Source of the DNA: an uncultured Desulfatitalea sp.
Lineage (GTDB): Bacteria; Desulfobacterota; Desulfobacteria; Desulfobacterales; Desulfosarcinaceae
Length of the DNA stretch: 64,000 bases
Assembly (NCBI GenBank): GCA_963668675.2
Contig: CAXXMB010000002.1
Location: forward strand, 704,001 to 768,000
Direction of reading: 5' to 3'
Under the pieces are notes generated by a model that had not been told where the DNA came from, searched no databases, and saw nothing but the letters and a program-made list of their open reading frames with translations. Positions 26,159 to 35,192 of this stretch are shown one piece after another. The first letter of the stretch is position 1. Each line of letters opens with the position of its first letter. The translations under genes were made by a program, and so were the position numbers.

Positions 26159-27965
26159 TCTTCATTTCAGCCACCTTCTCGTTGTAGAAAGCAATCACCT
26201 CCCGCCGATTGAGCATGCCGATCAAGATACCGGCATCCTCCTGTTCCACGACCGGCAGGCTATCGATATTTTTGGTTGTAAATTTGGTGAGTACCGAATT
26301 GAGATCTTCGGAGGGTGTGGTCTTGATGATTTCGGATGTGCCGATGTCCTTCATCACCACAAGGTGTTCGATCTCAGAAGAGAAAAGAACTTCGCGCACA
26401 TCGTTGATCGAAAAGATACTCACCATGCGCCCTTCCCCGTCGATCACCGGGAAATAGTGCTGTGTGGTTTGCGAAAAGTAGTGTTTGAACTCCAGAAAGG
26501 TCATGTCCTGTGGAATCAAACGCACATCCTTGATGCGTTCAGTCAGATCATTTACGCGAAACGTCTGCAGCACATCCACGAAAAAATCCCCGGCATGGGC
26601 CGGCGAGTCGATCTTACTCTGAACCTGGCAGTGAAAGATGGTCCAGCGCCGCGCAGCCATATAGCACACCGAGCAGACCAGCAGGCTGGGCAGGAGCAGG
26701 TGGTAGGAGTTGGTCATCTCGGAGACAAAAATAATGGTCGAAATGGGGGTATTGGAGACCGCTGTAAAAAACCCGGCCATCCCCACCACCACAAACGCAC
26801 CGGGCTGCAGCACAACTGAAGGCAAAAGCGCGTGAAACGTCCTGCCCACAGCGCCCCCCAGAGCACCTCCAATCACGATAGACGGGCCGAAGACGCCTCC
26901 GCTGCCTCCGGACCCGATGGTAAACGACGTGGTCAGTATCTTTCCAAATGCCAAGGTCAGCAAAAAGGCAGAAGTCAACTCATTGTTCAATGCCTGCTGG
27001 GCGAAGCCATATCCGAAAGCCAGGCAATGGGGCCAGAAAAATCCGATCATTCCGGTAATGAGACCGCCGATGGCCGGTTTGATGTGGTTGGGAATCTTCT
27101 TGATACGGTGAAAAAAACCGGCGGTGCCGTAGAAAGCGTTCACATAAAACCAGCTAAAGGCCACCAGTACGATCGATAGGGCCAAATAGGGCCCCAATTC
27201 CAGAGGATTCTGGAATTTGAACGGTGGCGATTCGAACAGGGAGCCCCATCCAAACACCAGGCAGAAGAGACAGTAGGCCACAACCGATGAGATGCCGGCA
27301 GGGATGATCACTTCGGACTCGAATTCAGGGTCTCTGTAAAGCACCTCGGCAGCGAAAAGCGCACCGGCCAGGGGCGCCCTGAAGATGCTGCCGACACCGG
27401 CACCGATGCCGGCGGCCATCATAATCCGGCGTTCACGATTGGACAGTTTGAGGCGAGTAGCCAGAAACGATCCAAAGCCCGCACCGATCTGTGCAATGGG
27501 TCCCTCACGCCCTCCGGAGCCACCTGTCGTCAACGTGATTGCCGATGCAATGGTTTTGATGAACGGGACGCGGCCGCGAATGAACCCGCCTTTATTATGG
27601 TAGGCATCGATGGCCGCATCGGTCCCGTGGCCTTCCGCTTCGGGCGCAAAGGTATAGACCAGCCATCCGCTGAGCAGGCCGCCAATGGCAGGCAGGAAAA
27701 ACAGGACCCAGCGATTGAACGGGGTATTGGAACGCGGCAGCAGATGCTGCTCGCCGGCAGGCGAGGGCGGCATGTAGCCGGCCATCACATCCATGAAAAG
27801 ATGGATACCGAGCTGGCACAAGTAGTTGAATACGATGGAGCCGGTTCCGGCGATGAGACCGATGGCGATAAAATAGAGCGCCCATTTGCTGGCGCGGGCC
27901 AAATCAAAGGCGCGTCCTCCCGGGGGGGCGGCCTCTGCCCTATTTGCGCCATCCAGTGAAGCCAT
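26139..27965 (-). CDS. ClC chloride channel/antiporter with CBS domains
   Basis: GHGTD, GREGP, GGVFGP motifs; C-terminal CBS pair. Confidence 0.93.
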   Translation of the reverse strand: MASLDGANRAEAAPPGGRAFDLARASKWALYFIAIGLIAGTGSIVFNYLCQLGIHLFMDVMAGYMPPSPAGEQHLLPRSNTPFNRWVLFFLPAIGGLLSGWLVYTFAPEAEGHGTDAAIDAYHNKGGFIRGRVPFIKTIASAITLTTGGSGGREGPIAQIGAGFGSFLATRLKLSNRERRIMMAAGIGAGVGSIFRAPLAGALFAAEVLYRDPEFESEVIIPAGISSVVAYCLFCLVFGWGSLFESPPFKFQNPLELGPYLALSIVLVAFSWFYVNAFYGTAGFFHRIKKIPNHIKPAIGGLITGMIGFFWPHCLAFGYGFAQQALNNELTSAFLLTLAFGKILTTSFTIGSGGSGGVFGPSIVIGGALGGAVGRTFHALLPSVVLQPGAFVVVGMAGFFTAVSNTPISTIIFVSEMTNSYHLLLPSLLVCSVCYMAARRWTIFHCQVQSKIDSPAHAGDFFVDVLQTFRVNDLTERIKDVRLIPQDMTFLEFKHYFSQTTQHYFPVIDGEGRMVSIFSINDVREVLFSSEIEHLVVMKDIGTSEIIKTTPSEDLNSVLTKFTTKNIDSLPVVEQEDAGILIGMLNRREVIAFYNEKVAEMKTTKTSD

Positions 27966-27974
27966 AGATTGAGG

Positions 27975-29288
27975 CTAACCTGTTTCCAGATCTCGGACAC
28001 CTTGCAAAACGGTATCGAAGAGCTCTTGAATTTGGTCTTCATCCACACAGGAGAAAGCGACGCGCAGATCGAACTTGCCGAGGGCAATCAGACCGACGCC
28101 ATAGCGGTCCAGCAGGTGCACCCGCAACGGTTCGGCCTCGACCGTTTTAAGTTTTAGGCACATGAAGTAGCCCGAATTGAACGGATAGGCCTCCCAAGCC
28201 GCCGCGTACTTTTCATCCGCAAGCACGGCCTTGACCCGCACGGCGCGGGCCTTGAGAGTTTCGAACTTCTCCAACATCTCACCCTGGATACGCGGATCCT
28301 GCATGGCGTTGAGCAGCAGGGTCTGTCCCAGGTGGGAAGCGTTGGAGATATTGCCGCGAACGCAACCGGCCGTTTTGCGCTCCAACGCATCATAGATGGG
28401 CATCGGATCACCATCGCATAGAATCCCATAGGTGATGAATCCAATGCGCAGCCCCCATACGAAATACTCTTTGGTGGCCCCATCCAGTTTTACAGCAACC
28501 AGATTGGCGTGCCGGCCGCTCAGCTTTGCAAAAAGGGACTCCTTCTGAATCTTCTCCTCGAAAAACAGACCGAAATAGGCATCGTCCGTCACCGCCAGCA
28601 GCTGGGTGCCCTTCTCTGCAGCACGCTCCAGAATGTCGGCAATGGCTTCGGCCTCCTCTTCGGTGACCGTGTATCCGGTCGGATTTTGCGGGAAGTTCAA
28701 CAGCACCACAAGCTTTTGGTTCGACGCGGCCTCTTTGGCGATAGCCGCTTCGAAAGCCACCAGATTGAACCCACCCTCTGCGTTAAACAGCTCATATTGG
28801 CTCAACCGGGCACCCTTGCGCACGTTGAAGATCATGTTGTAGTTGCCCCACATCATGTCCGGAAGCAAGATGACATCGCCCGGATCGACCCACACATCGG
28901 CAAAGATGCTGATGGCGTGCGTAATACCGCAGGTCACCACCGGCATGCTGATCGGCCGACCTGCCAGAGATGGATTTTTCCGCCCCAGATCTTCCTGCCA
29001 CCTTTTGCGCAGGGCGGGCAGGCCGAAAGAGGGTGCATAGGTCAGCGCCTCGCTCGCAGGAATGTCGCCGATGGGATCCATGATACTTCGAAAGCACATG
29101 GTGTCACCAGACTCCTTGGCAATCCCGATGGTCGCATTGATGCGATGTGCCTTCTCTTTCGCTTCGGCACTTTGGCTCAAGATGCCTTTTGGGAAAAAAA
29201 GCTGCCGGCCCACACTGGATAGCATGCGCCAGACCGGATCGCTACCCTTGGCGATGACCTGGTTGAGTTCCTCGGCAAGCGGATTCAT
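27975..29288 (-). CDS. PLP-dependent aminotransferase class I/II
   Basis: NFPQNPTGY, DDAYFG, DGATKE...WGLRIG; start set at MNPLAEEL. Confidence 0.88.
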   Translation of the reverse strand: MNPLAEELNQVIAKGSDPVWRMLSSVGRQLFFPKGILSQSAEAKEKAHRINATIGIAKESGDTMCFRSIMDPIGDIPASEALTYAPSFGLPALRKRWQEDLGRKNPSLAGRPISMPVVTCGITHAISIFADVWVDPGDVILLPDMMWGNYNMIFNVRKGARLSQYELFNAEGGFNLVAFEAAIAKEAASNQKLVVLLNFPQNPTGYTVTEEEAEAIADILERAAEKGTQLLAVTDDAYFGLFFEEKIQKESLFAKLSGRHANLVAVKLDGATKEYFVWGLRIGFITYGILCDGDPMPIYDALERKTAGCVRGNISNASHLGQTLLLNAMQDPRIQGEMLEKFETLKARAVRVKAVLADEKYAAAWEAYPFNSGYFMCLKLKTVEAEPLRVHLLDRYGVGLIALGKFDLRVAFSCVDEDQIQELFDTVLQGVRDLETG

Positions 29289-29600
29289 AACATTATTACT
29301 CCCGGCGACTTTGGTGTTCGGCCGCACAACAGGCAGACCGTCAAAATCGCAAAATGATGGTCAAAACGGTGCGGTGGCAATTTGGGCCAAAGTGATAGGG
29401 AAACCAAGGTGGCCGTCATCAGCGGTCTGCCGATCACATGGCACGGTAAATATCGTGGCTTCTCATTACAGGCCTATCCACACACCTGTCAAGAGCAAAG
29501 CACGGTTCTATCTGTCCAACATAACGGCTAAAAAAGCCTGTTGATCATCCGAAGAGTCAAGGGGCAGGTCGGTAAGGACGGGGCACGCAGTGCGCCAAGC

Positions 29601-29635
29601 GAAAACCCCGCCCCTCTTTAAAGGGCGGGGTTTTC
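29601..29635 (-). terminator. Intrinsic terminator after the PxxKW gene
   Basis: GAAAACCCCGCCC / GGGCGGGGTTTTC inverted repeat. Confidence 0.8.
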
Positions 29636-29654
29636 CAGTTGCGTGGCCGCAACG

Positions 29655-29933
29655 TTAGCGACTTCCACGTTTGGATGCTTTTAGTGGATTAATTTTGGCT
29701 TTGGCCGTAACCACGTTGGTAGAGACGTGGGTTGCCATGTTGCAGTTACCCTTTTTCCATTTGATCGCAGGCTCGGGGCAAGCGCTGCAGTACCAACCGG
29801 AGCTAAGCTCGGTGGCACGATTGCAGCCCTGGCACGCTTCGACGATCTCATGGCAAAGTCCACCGTTGTAGCCGCATCCCTTAGCGGTCATAAATGCACA
29901 CTCGGAACCTTTACGAATGGTATCACAAATCAT
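29655..29933 (-). CDS. PxxKW family cysteine-rich protein
   Basis: Multiple Cys, CPEPAIKW, CNMATH, KINPLKASKR; RBS GAGGTG. Confidence 0.88.
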   Translation of the reverse strand: MICDTIRKGSECAFMTAKGCGYNGGLCHEIVEACQGCNRATELSSGWYCSACPEPAIKWKKGNCNMATHVSTNVVTAKAKINPLKASKRGSR

Positions 29934-29965
29934 AACAATCACCTCATTTATACAAATTTTGACAC

Positions 29966-30000
29966 AAAAAAGCCGGATACGCGCTCATCCGGCTCTTTTT
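29966..30000 (-). terminator. Terminator-like hairpin upstream of the PxxKW gene
   Basis: AGCCGGAT-N8-ATCCGGCT flanked by A and T tracts. Confidence 0.65.
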
Positions 30001-30188
30001 CCAGAATTACGTCCGCCTGCCCTATAGACAAGCGCAACGTCATTGTCAAGCGCTATTGTAGTCTCGGCAACGGTTTTAGGCCAATGGGCAACACCGGCTT
30101 GGACCTGCGAGCTGGTGAGGGCAACCTCCCTGGTTATCGTCACCGGGGCCACAACCATTAGAAAAAACGCTGCCGCATTCAACAATGA

Positions 30189-31013
30189 CTAAGCGTCATG
30201 GTTGAAAACATGCACATCGCGCTGGGGGAAAGGAATCGAGATGCCATTGGCATCAAACGCCTTTTTCACACTTTCATTCGTATCAAAATGGACCGACCAA
30301 TAATCAGCAGCATTGACCCAGGGGCGCACGACAAAATTGACGCTGCTGTCGGCCAGCTCCACCAAGGCCACCTGGGGTGCGGGATCCTTGAGGATGCGGC
30401 CATCTTTCGACAACACCTCTTTGATCGTGGATTTTGCCTTGTCGATATCATCACCGTAGCCGATGCCGAACACCATATCGACGCGTCTCGTACCCTTCAC
30501 TGTCCAGTTGACGATATTGTCGCTGGTCAGTTTGGCGTTGGGAATAATCACTGTTTTATTGTCGGGTGTCTTGAGTGTGGTGGTAAAAATCTGAATCTCT
30601 TCCACCGTCCCCGCGACGCCGCCCCCTTCGATATAATCCCCAACACGGAAAGGTTTGAAGATGATCATCAAAAATCCGGCTGCGAAATTGGCCAGCGACC
30701 CCTGTAACGCAAGACCGATGGCCAAACCGGCGGCACCCAGGACGGCAATGAAAGAGGTGGTCTGAATGCCGAGCTGGCTCAGTGCGGCCAGCACCACGAA
30801 CGCCAATAGGGCGATATAGACCATACCTCCAACAAACTTGCGAAGGGTCTCGTCCACCTTAGCCTTGCGCATCATCCGCCTTACCAGGTTGCTCACAATT
30901 TTGGCAATCCAGCGACCGATGACGAATATGGCAATCGCCGCAATGACTTTAATGCCGTAAATGGTCACCAATTCCCATATTTTTTGAACGACCTGGTCGA
31001 TATTCATCTCCAT
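30189..31013 (-). CDS. mscS: Small-conductance mechanosensitive channel
   Basis: GAAGLAIGLALQGSLANFAAG, PFRVGD, IIPN, IPFPQRDV. Confidence 0.93.
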   Translation of the reverse strand: MEMNIDQVVQKIWELVTIYGIKVIAAIAIFVIGRWIAKIVSNLVRRMMRKAKVDETLRKFVGGMVYIALLAFVVLAALSQLGIQTTSFIAVLGAAGLAIGLALQGSLANFAAGFLMIIFKPFRVGDYIEGGGVAGTVEEIQIFTTTLKTPDNKTVIIPNAKLTSDNIVNWTVKGTRRVDMVFGIGYGDDIDKAKSTIKEVLSKDGRILKDPAPQVALVELADSSVNFVVRPWVNAADYWSVHFDTNESVKKAFDANGISIPFPQRDVHVFNHDA

Positions 31014-31464
31014 TTACTCCTCCTCTCGTTTTGGGTATTATCTGGTAACAATTAAGTTTTGGGTTGGATGGCACAGGGCTGAATCTCAGAAATAACGCTC
31101 AGGTCAGATAGGATTCAGCTCAAACTGAAGTACGCCAATATAAAAACCAATAACAAAGTGTCAAGCTAACCACCTAGCTTTCCTCTTCATAACGCCTGCG
31201 CGAATCCAACGGGCTTGATCTGATCGCCCCCGTTGCCGATGCACTTGCATACAACCGGTCTCTGACATATTGTAGGAGCCAAGCCAGCCTGACAGAAATC
31301 CCGAGCTGTCGTTGCAAAAAACCCGGTGCTGATATAAATCGGGCATACCGGACAGCACTGGTGGGAGCGCCATCGCCAGCCCTCAAAGGCAATGGTTGGG
31401 GCGAATAGAAGAGAATTCAAGAGAGGAGCGAAAGCGCGCACTTTCGCATCGAAACAGGTCCCCT

Positions 31465-32463
31465 ATGAATGACAGGAAAGAGATGCAGTATATACTCGAC
31501 GAAGCAGCGTCAGTTCTCGAACTGGAATCCCATAGTATTTTGCAGATGAGCCGTCGGCTGGATGAGAATTTCATCCAAATGGTGGAGATGATATTCAAAT
31601 CTTCGGGCCGGGTCATCATTGCCGGTATTGGCAAATCGGGTATCATCGCCCGAAAGATAGTGGCAACGCTCAACAGCACCGGCACGCGCGCCCTGTTCCT
31701 CCACCCGGTCGAAGCCATGCACGGCGACTTGGGCATGGTCAGTCCCGACGATGTCTTCATCGCCCTCTCCTCCAGTGGAGAGACGGACGAATTAAACATG
31801 CTGCTTCCCCGCATCCGGTCCGAAGGGTGCCCGATTATCGCCTTTACCGGCAATGCACACTCGTTCCTGGCCGGACACAGCGATCTCATTATCGATGTGG
31901 CGGTAGAAAAAGAGGCGTGCCCCCTGGGACTGGCACCGACCAGTTCGACCACGGCAATGATGGCCATGGGCGATGCCCTGGCGGTGGTGCTGATCAACCG
32001 CAAGCAGTTCAAACCGGATGATTTCAAACGGTTCCACCCCGGCGGCGCCTTGGGCCAACGCCTGGCACAGAAGGTGGGCGATATTATGCTGACGGGAGAC
32101 GCAGTGCCGTCGATCGCCACCGGCTCTCCGATGGCCGCAGCCATTCAAGAGATCGACCGTCACAGCCTGGGTGTCATCCTCATCACCGATCCCCAGGACC
32201 GACTGATCGGCATCATCACCGATGGCGATATCCGGCGTGCCCTTTCGCGCAAACAGGACTTGATGGCCATGACCGTCGACACGATCATGAGCAAAAACCC
32301 TCACAGCGCCCAGGTCGATACACCGGCCTATGATGCCCTCAACACCATGGAAAACCACCAGATCACGGTCCTCCCCATAACCGACAAACAAAAAAAGGTT
32401 AAGGGCGTCCTGCATTTGCACGATATACTGGGAAAAGGGGAATTCAAATTCAACGGCGCGTGA
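31465..32463 (+). CDS. kdsD: Arabinose-5-phosphate isomerase (KpsF/GutQ, SIS+CBS)
   Basis: GIGKSG, EAMHGDLG, SGET, KEACPLGLAPTSST, HPGGALG. Confidence 0.93.
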   Translation: MNDRKEMQYILDEAASVLELESHSILQMSRRLDENFIQMVEMIFKSSGRVIIAGIGKSGIIARKIVATLNSTGTRALFLHPVEAMHGDLGMVSPDDVFIALSSSGETDELNMLLPRIRSEGCPIIAFTGNAHSFLAGHSDLIIDVAVEKEACPLGLAPTSSTTAMMAMGDALAVVLINRKQFKPDDFKRFHPGGALGQRLAQKVGDIMLTGDAVPSIATGSPMAAAIQEIDRHSLGVILITDPQDRLIGIITDGDIRRALSRKQDLMAMTVDTIMSKNPHSAQVDTPAYDALNTMENHQITVLPITDKQKKVKGVLHLHDILGKGEFKFNGA

Positions 32464-32571
32464 ACATGCTCACCGCATCTCGCCAGCAGGGGCGGAACGA
32501 TGAGGTGGCCCAGATGCCATGTCATCAATCGCCCAAGCCACCAAAAGTGATCCCCCACAAGGAGAGATCTG

Positions 32572-33888
32572 ATGAATCGAAAAAAGATCGATACGGACAT
32601 CACCAGTCTGGGAAAAGCCGGCATTGCGTCACCCCTGTTATGCGGCACCAGCCAGTCTTTTATTGCAGATGAAGACCGAATACTGGTCAACATTCACGCT
32701 TCGGACATTGCAGCCATTGCCAACAAAAAAGTAGCTCCGCCAACGTTTGAATTGGCCGGCCCCCGCGAAAAGATCTATTTCGACCCCAGCAAACTGCGCT
32801 GCGCGCTGGTCACCTGCGGTGGGTTGTGCCCGGGTCTCAACGATATCATCCGTTCGATCGTCCTCGAACTCTATTACCACTACGGTGTGCGCAACATCTA
32901 CGGGATGCGATACGGTCTGCAGGGGTTTATTCCCAAATATGGCCATGAGGTGATTGACCTCGAGCCCAGCTCAGTGACATCCATCCTCGATCGAGGGGGG
33001 TCTATCCTGGGCTCTTCCCGTGGGCCCCAGGACATCGATGAGATCATCGACTGCCTTGAAAGAATGAATATCGGCATTCTCTTCATGATCGGGGGAGACG
33101 GCACCCTCAGGGCCGCCGTCAAAATCGCCAATACCATATTGGAGCGCCAACTTAAAATTAGTGTCGTGGGCATTCCCAAAACCATCGATAACGATATTTA
33201 CCTGATCGCCCGCTCCTTCGGTTTCGATACGGCCGTGGATGTCTCGACCCAGGCCATTATCGGCGCCCACAACGAAGCGGCCGGCTATCCGAACGGCATC
33301 GGATTGATCAAACTGATGGGCCGCCATTCGGGGTTCATTGCCGCCACCGCCTCCCTGGCCCAGCAAGATGTCAATTTTGTGCTTATTCCGGAGGTGGATT
33401 TTGACCTGGAGGGGCCGCAGGGATTTTTCTCAGCCTTGGAAAAACGACTTGAACAGAGGGGGCATGCCGTTATCGTCCTCGCCGAAGGCGCCGGTCAAAA
33501 GTTCTTCGAAAACCTACCCGAAGAGCGGGATGAGTCGGGCAACATTCGACTCAACGACATCGGCATCTACATGAAAAACAAAATCAACCAATATTTCAAA
33601 ACCAAAGGGGTTGAAATCAATATCAAATATATCGACCCCAGCTATATGATCCGTAGTCTGCCTGCCAATGCCAATGACAGCGTCTTCTGCGGCTTCCTGG
33701 GCCGTAGCGCCGTGCATGCGGGTATGGCCGGAAAGACCAAGCTGGTGATCGGACGCTGGAACAACCACTTCGTCCACATCCCCATGGAAGCAGCCACCAG
33801 CAAGCGTAAGCAGGTCACTCCGAAAGGGGAGTTGTGGTCAGCCGTTCTTGCTGCAACGGGACAAGGGGCTTTAAAAAACACAGACTAA
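32572..33888 (+). CDS. pfkA: ATP-dependent 6-phosphofructokinase
   Basis: TCGGLCPGLN, GGDGT, PKTIDND, MGRHSG, DPSYMIR. Confidence 0.92.
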   Translation: MNRKKIDTDITSLGKAGIASPLLCGTSQSFIADEDRILVNIHASDIAAIANKKVAPPTFELAGPREKIYFDPSKLRCALVTCGGLCPGLNDIIRSIVLELYYHYGVRNIYGMRYGLQGFIPKYGHEVIDLEPSSVTSILDRGGSILGSSRGPQDIDEIIDCLERMNIGILFMIGGDGTLRAAVKIANTILERQLKISVVGIPKTIDNDIYLIARSFGFDTAVDVSTQAIIGAHNEAAGYPNGIGLIKLMGRHSGFIAATASLAQQDVNFVLIPEVDFDLEGPQGFFSALEKRLEQRGHAVIVLAEGAGQKFFENLPEERDESGNIRLNDIGIYMKNKINQYFKTKGVEINIKYIDPSYMIRSLPANANDSVFCGFLGRSAVHAGMAGKTKLVIGRWNNHFVHIPMEAATSKRKQVTPKGELWSAVLAATGQGALKNTD

Positions 33889-35192
33889 CGAGTTCCCATC
33901 AGCTCTGCAATCACGGCGGCATGCTTGCCAGCGGCACCACGGTGAGAAAGAATGACGCGCCGTGCGGCGCTGCCAGCGGCATCTGCCGTGGAAGGATCGT
34001 TGATCCACCCCAGGGCAAAATCGGCCATCTCCCCGGCATGGTGGACGGTCACCCCTCCCCCGGCCTTGTCGATCAGCTGCTGTGCATCGGCGAAATCTTC
34101 CATGGACGGGCCGTGCATGATCGGCTTCGACCACATCGCCGGCTCCAGCACATTCTGTCCCCCTTTGGGAACCAAGCTGCCGCCGCAAAAAACGAAAGTT
34201 GCGATGCTGTATGTCGCGAGCAACTCTCCTATGGTGTCGAGCAAAACGACGGGGGCCGTTCGCTTGCAGTGTTCCGAATCGAGTTCGGTCCGACGCTGGT
34301 ATGAGAGTCCGCTTGAGCTGATCCACCCTTCAATCTCGGCAATTCGATCGATATGACGTGGCGCAATGATCAAGAGCGCGTCGGGGTGGACTTGCAGAAT
34401 CCTGAGGTGGGCATCGAGAATGATCCGCTCTTCGGGATGGCGTGTACTGCCGGCGACAAACACCGGTTGCCTATCGGCAAGGTTGAATAGCGTCCTGGCC
34501 CACTGCTTAGCCCGCATGCCGTCCGCCTGGGGATCGGGGCTGTCGAATTTGGCATTGCCGTTGATTCGAATCCGCCGCCGGTCGGCGCCCAGCGACTCAA
34601 TGCGCGCTGCATCGGCGATGGATATCATGCTGAAAAAATCCACATGGGAAAGGGCATATCGTATCAACGGTTTGATCTTTCGGTAGCTGTCGATCGATCG
34701 CACCGAAATTCTACCGTTGATGATGGCGATGCGTACTCCCCTATGGCGGGCCCGCACAATCCAGTTGGGCCAGATTTCAGTCTCCAGAAACACCAGGAGA
34801 TCCGGGCGCATCATCGATAGCGCCCGGTCCACCGTCGACGGCAGATCAAAAGGCGCGTAGAAGCAAATCACCCTGTCGCCGAATTGTTCTCTGGCACGCG
34901 CCAATCCCTGATGGGTCGTACACGATACCATCACATGGCAATCGGGCCTCAACCCCTGTAGCTTATTGACAACGGCAGCGGCGGCCCCCACCTCACCGAC
35001 CGAAACAGCATGCAGCCAGACCCTCGGCTGGTCGCCGCTGTTGAGCCGCATCGTTTTGGGGTATCGCCCCATTCGCTGATCGAACCGTTCGAGTTCTCCA
35101 CTCTTTTTCCGGAAAAAGAGTCGAAGGGCTGGCCCCAGGGTAATTCCCAATCCTGTACCGATAAGGTTGTAGAGGAAAAAAGAGGGATTCAT
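33885..35192 (-). CDS. waaA: Kdo transferase
   Basis: WLHAVSVGE, ETEIWPN, GNAKFD, APRH, GGQNVLEP. Confidence 0.95.
   Translation of the reverse strand: MNPSFFLYNLIGTGLGITLGPALRLFFRKKSGELERFDQRMGRYPKTMRLNSGDQPRVWLHAVSVGEVGAAAAVVNKLQGLRPDCHVMVSCTTHQGLARAREQFGDRVICFYAPFDLPSTVDRALSMMRPDLLVFLETEIWPNWIVRARHRGVRIAIINGRISVRSIDSYRKIKPLIRYALSHVDFFSMISIADAARIESLGADRRRIRINGNAKFDSPDPQADGMRAKQWARTLFNLADRQPVFVAGSTRHPEERIILDAHLRILQVHPDALLIIAPRHIDRIAEIEGWISSSGLSYQRRTELDSEHCKRTAPVVLLDTIGELLATYSIATFVFCGGSLVPKGGQNVLEPAMWSKPIMHGPSMEDFADAQQLIDKAGGGVTVHHAGEMADFALGWINDPSTADAAGSAARRVILSHRGAAGKHAAVIAELMGTR

Noticed and set aside
29405..29460. Fluoride riboswitch-like GCTGATGAC (minus strand) upstream of the aminotransferase-ClC genes
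   Set aside because: The upstream loop (ATATTTAC) cannot form the required pseudoknot, and the ClC has GREGP rather than the fluoride-type GREGT motif
31014..31464. 450-bp mscS-kdsD intergenic region as ncRNA or small ORFs
   Set aside because: No recognisable RNA motif, convincing RBS or coding signal; cannot be excluded without data
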